From Salinispira sp. (GTDB taxonomy: Bacteria; Spirochaetota; Spirochaetia; DSM-27196; Salinispiraceae): 64,000 nucleotides of DNA. The translations under genes and the position numbers were made by a program. The first letter of the stretch is position 1; each line of letters starts with the position of its first letter. Under the pieces are notes generated by a model that searched no databases, was not told where the DNA came from, and saw only the letters and a program-made list of their open reading frames with translations. Below, piece after piece: positions 60,628 to 64,000 of the stretch. The stretch covers positions 64,001 through 128,000 of the forward strand of contig CBDDDG010000021.1 of assembly GCA_965226555.1 (NCBI GenBank), written 5' to 3'.

Positions 60628-61686
60628 TCAGACGCGCAATGCTTCAAGACGTTTATAATGATCAAGAATGACAATTGCGGCCATCGATTCCACAACCGGC
60701 ACGATACGGGGACATATGCAGGCATCATGCCGTCCCTCAGTACGTATTTCTTTTTCTTCGCCCTGTTTGTTAACCGTGCGCTGAGCCCTGCTTATGGATG
60801 AAGTCGGTTTCACCGCTATGCGAAAAACAATTTCAGCCCCAGTCGAAATTCCGCCAATGATCCCGCCCGCATTATTACTCATAAACCCGGATGCATCCAT
60901 CTCATCATTATGCTCACTTCCCCGCATATCTGCCGCTGCAAAGCCCTTTCCGAATTCAATGCCCTTCACCGCGCCAATAGACAGCATGGCATGCGCAAGT
61001 TCCGCATCGAGCTTATCAAAAACAGGTTCCCCAAGACCCGAGGCAACCCCCTGTATTCTGCACTCAACAATTCCGCCCATACTGTCATGCAATTCCTTTA
61101 TTTCCGTTATTTTCTCAGTCATACGCTGCGCCGCCTCAAGGTCGGGCGCCCGGAGAGGGTTTTTCTCAATAACTTCAGGATCAAAATGAGTAATTTCTAT
61201 TCCCGCGCTTCGGCGTGTGTAGGCAAGAATTGTTATACCCCTCTCACGGAGTATTTTCCGGGCAAGAGCTCCCGCCGCAACCCGCCCGGCAGTTTCCCGC
61301 CCGCTGGCGCGCCCGCTGCCCCTCCAGTCGCGAATGCCGTATTTTTGCGTGTATGAATAATCGGCATGCCCCGGGCGGTACAGGTTCTTAATGTCCTCAT
61401 ATGCGTTCGGCTGCGCATCCTTATTATAGAGAATCATCATCACCGGAGTACCGGTTGTTTTCCCCTCAAAAATGCCGGACATAAAATGCACAATATCCGG
61501 TTCCTTCCGCGAAGTCGTAATTTCCGACTGCCCAGTCTTCCTCCGATCAAGTTCCTTCTGAATATCCTCCGTCGATATCTCAACCCCCGGCGCAACCCCA
61601 TCCACAATAACACCAACAGCGCCCCCATGCGATTCCCCAAAGGTCGTTACCCTATACAGTTGCCCAAAACTATTCCCTGCCATCAA
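60628..61686 (-). CDS. aroC: Chorismate synthase
   Basis: [29 protein letters not shown] and GRHD.C. Confidence 0.97.
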   Translation of the reverse strand: MMAGNSFGQLYRVTTFGESHGGAVGVIVDGVAPGVEISTEDIQKELDRRKTGQSEITTSRKEPDIVHFMSGIFEGKTTGTPVMMILYNKDAQPNAYEDIKNLYRPGHADYSYTQKYGIRDWRGSGRASGRETAGRVAAGALARKILRERGITILAYTRRSAGIEITHFDPEVIEKNPLRAPDLEAAQRMTEKITEIKELHDSMGGIVECRIQGVASGLGEPVFDKLDAELAHAMLSIGAVKGIEFGKGFAAADMRGSEHNDEMDASGFMSNNAGGIIGGISTGAEIVFRIAVKPTSSISRAQRTVNKQGEEKEIRTEGRHDACICPRIVPVVESMAAIVILDHYKRLEALRV

Positions 61687-61999
61687 CCATTCCTCACTGC
61701 CCCTCTTTTGCCGTCATTGTATACTATTTTAGGAAACAAAGCTGCCACACACAAAATAATTATCCGCAAAGAACAGTAGCCAATGCTCCTTTAGTATATT
61801 CAGCTCATGTGAGGGTTTTTTTGTGATGGCTTGAAAAAGAACAACCCTTCCCGTAAAGTAGTTGTTACAAATCATTTTGAGTTCGAGAAATCGGCCATTA
61901 GACAGCATGAATCCGCCAAAATCCAGCCCATATCTGCTGATTTATTGATTTTACTAGGGATTCAGTAAATCTGAATTAACCATTGACCGCATAATTGAG

Positions 62000-62317
62000 C
62001 TAAAACAACGGCGTTTTACGCAATGTAGTGTAAAATTTCCGAGTTTCAGAGATTCCCTTTAGATTACCTGTGTTCGTTATCATCATCATTTGGCGATTCT
62101 CTGGAATGCTCTCGGGATATAAAATTTGATTTAGTTCAAGGCTCCTTGCAATTATCCTATCTTGCTCAGTATCAGAAACATTTGAGAATTCCTTTGAATT
62201 AATTAGAGCATGTAAATCTTCATGTTCTTCTTCCAATTCTTCTCGTTTTTCTTCCTGTTCCCTCCGTTCTGCTTCCATCTCTTGCTGTTCCATCCATTTC
62301 TTTTTAGCCATTCCCAT
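62000..62317 (-). CDS. Hypothetical charged coiled-coil protein
   Basis: RBS GAGGAG; Glu-rich N-terminus; the 3' part may be degenerate. Confidence 0.45.
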   Translation of the reverse strand: MGMAKKKWMEQQEMEAERREQEEKREELEEEHEDLHALINSKEFSNVSDTEQDRIIARSLELNQILYPESIPENRQMMMITNTGNLKGISETRKFYTTLRKTPLF

Positions 62318-62442
62318 AATATTCTCCTCATCCTCTTTCTATAAAAGGTTAATATATTAATACTATTTTTAAATGATTTTGGCAAGTGTCCTATTTTTCT
62401 GCGACCAATTCAACCATAAGTGCACCCTCCCTCATTGGTAAA

Positions 62443-63649
62443 CTACCGAAATTTTTTCAAATTCTCTATTTTTGTCCAGTCTTTGGTAATAATGGACTGA
62501 ATCTCTTCGCTATCTTTCAGTTCTCCATGTATTATACCTTTAGGGACACCATACTCTCTCTCTATGTTCTCATTTTTTGTTATTATCGATTTAATTATTT
62601 CATACCACCTATCAGAACAGTACTCCTTGGCACCTTCAATGATTTTGATTGCCTCATCGAAGACTTTACCTGACACAATTATGTTCGTAAATTCGGTGTT
62701 TTGGCCTATTCGATCCTTTAATGATTGATATTCTTCTTCTGTAGCATATGCCCCTTGGCAGTGGGCTCCCCTAAAATGCGCCCCTTGGCACTGAGCAAAC
62801 GTAAAATTTGCCCCTTGGCATCTGATGTCTATGAAACTCGTCCCTTGACATTGAGCTAACGTAAAGTTCGCCCCTTGGCATTGGGCTCTCCAAAAACCTG
62901 CACCTTGACAATGGGCTTCTATAAAACTCGTTTCCTGTAATACGGATTCTTCAAACCCTGCCCCAGGGCACTGGGCTTTCAAAAAACTTGCCCCTTGGCA
63001 CTGGGCTTTCCAAAAATCCGCACCCTGGCACTGGGCTTCCAAAACTTTGCATCTTGGCACTGAGCTTCCAAAACTTTGCATCTTGGCACTGAGCTTCCCA
63101 AAACTTTGCCTTAACCAAATACGCATGGCTAAAATCCGGCGGTGGTAGTTGGTTTGCAAAGTTTTGCAGATAGAGTCCCTTATTCTGAGTATCATCCCTG
63201 ACCAGTAGATTAATGGCAGTCTGTATTTCATTGGATGGGCGTTCTGAATACTTCTCCTGATAATTTTTGCTTCCGGTTTTTGACTGAATATGTGAGCAGA
63301 GAATTTGTGCAACCTGAACACGGTATTGTTCTTCTTCAAGTGCTAAATTATACAGTGCATACACTGCCCCCGTTCGGGCCGAAGTCTTGCTGTTGCCAAG
63401 CAGGGTAACAGCAGCAGTGAAACGGTCATCACGCCGTTGACGTATTTGCAGTTCAATCCGCCGGAATAATAACCATAAAGTAACAATCGCACCGAAAAAA
63501 GTAATCATCTGTGCAAGGGTGGGCTTTTCTCCCTTATCAATAAAGAATCCATAACAGAAATAGTCCAATGCGATAAGGGTAGAAACAATTACGACTATAA
63601 TACCTACCAAGTATTTTACCACATGCTTTTTGAAATGCTTTTCAGTCAT
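62443..63649 (-). pseudogene. Membrane-anchored pentapeptide-repeat protein, frameshifted within the repeat tract
   Basis: N-terminal TM segments and R.GAVYAL motif in one frame; AQCQGA.F repeats continue in another frame. Confidence 0.8.
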
Positions 63650-64000
63650 TGCTTATATCTCCTTTACGGCAATGCAGATCATAAATAAATAATAATAAAA
63701 TTCTCTCAAATAATCAACAAAACTGTGCCCCAAACATAACGTATGGTGGGGGGTATTGTGTTTGATGGAACTCCAATAAAAAAGCCCCGTTCTAAGGGGT
63801 TTTTGATATATCAGCCCGGATAACAAAACGAAATATCGGACTATTTCGGGAAAAACCCATTGCATTATTGAGAATTGCCGCCGTCTTTTTCTCTATACCC
63901 AGTTTTTCCGCAGCCCGTTTTGTGCCAATCTCTCCGGAAAGCTCCACAACCTGCTCCGATGGACAGCAATATACATCGACTGCGTTGTGATATATTATGA

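Overview
A 64-kb bacterial chromosome segment, probably from a spirochaete; a host-associated lifestyle is inferred from the gene content. Housekeeping genes include the 3' end of a sigma-70 factor, pduO, hppA, tRNA-Arg(CCG), tmRNA, a neuB-like gene, serS, proC, a RelA/SpoT gene, prmC, prfA, xth, rubredoxin and aroC. Accessory blocks lie between them. (1) A type I RM locus (hsdR-hsdS-hsdM) with two Panacea/SocA antitoxin genes. (2) A defence-like cluster: an 876-aa AT-rich orphan, NYN-LOTUS, DUF262, an ADP-ribosylglycohydrolase, AlbA_2/HATPase_c_4, and a second NYN nuclease. (3) Two expanded surface-lipoprotein families: Fn3 with BspA/DUF285 or propeller domains, and GYD/GFN-repeat propeller proteins. 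(4) Three Rpn nuclease genes. Structure read directly from the DNA: a modular palindromic MITE family with 5-bp target duplications (one copy interrupts a putative toxin gene, one has an inverted core); a promoter-hairpin-U-tract leader in front of a NYN RNase, resembling RNA-antitoxin systems; intragenic start sites in all three rpn genes; two cassettes flanked by 170-226 bp duplications of a neighbouring gene's 3' end; a structured leader shared by unrelated surface-protein genes; and several single-lesion gene inactivations. I found no CRISPR array, integrase, DDE transposase or reverse transcriptase. All family calls are from motif recognition, not database searches.
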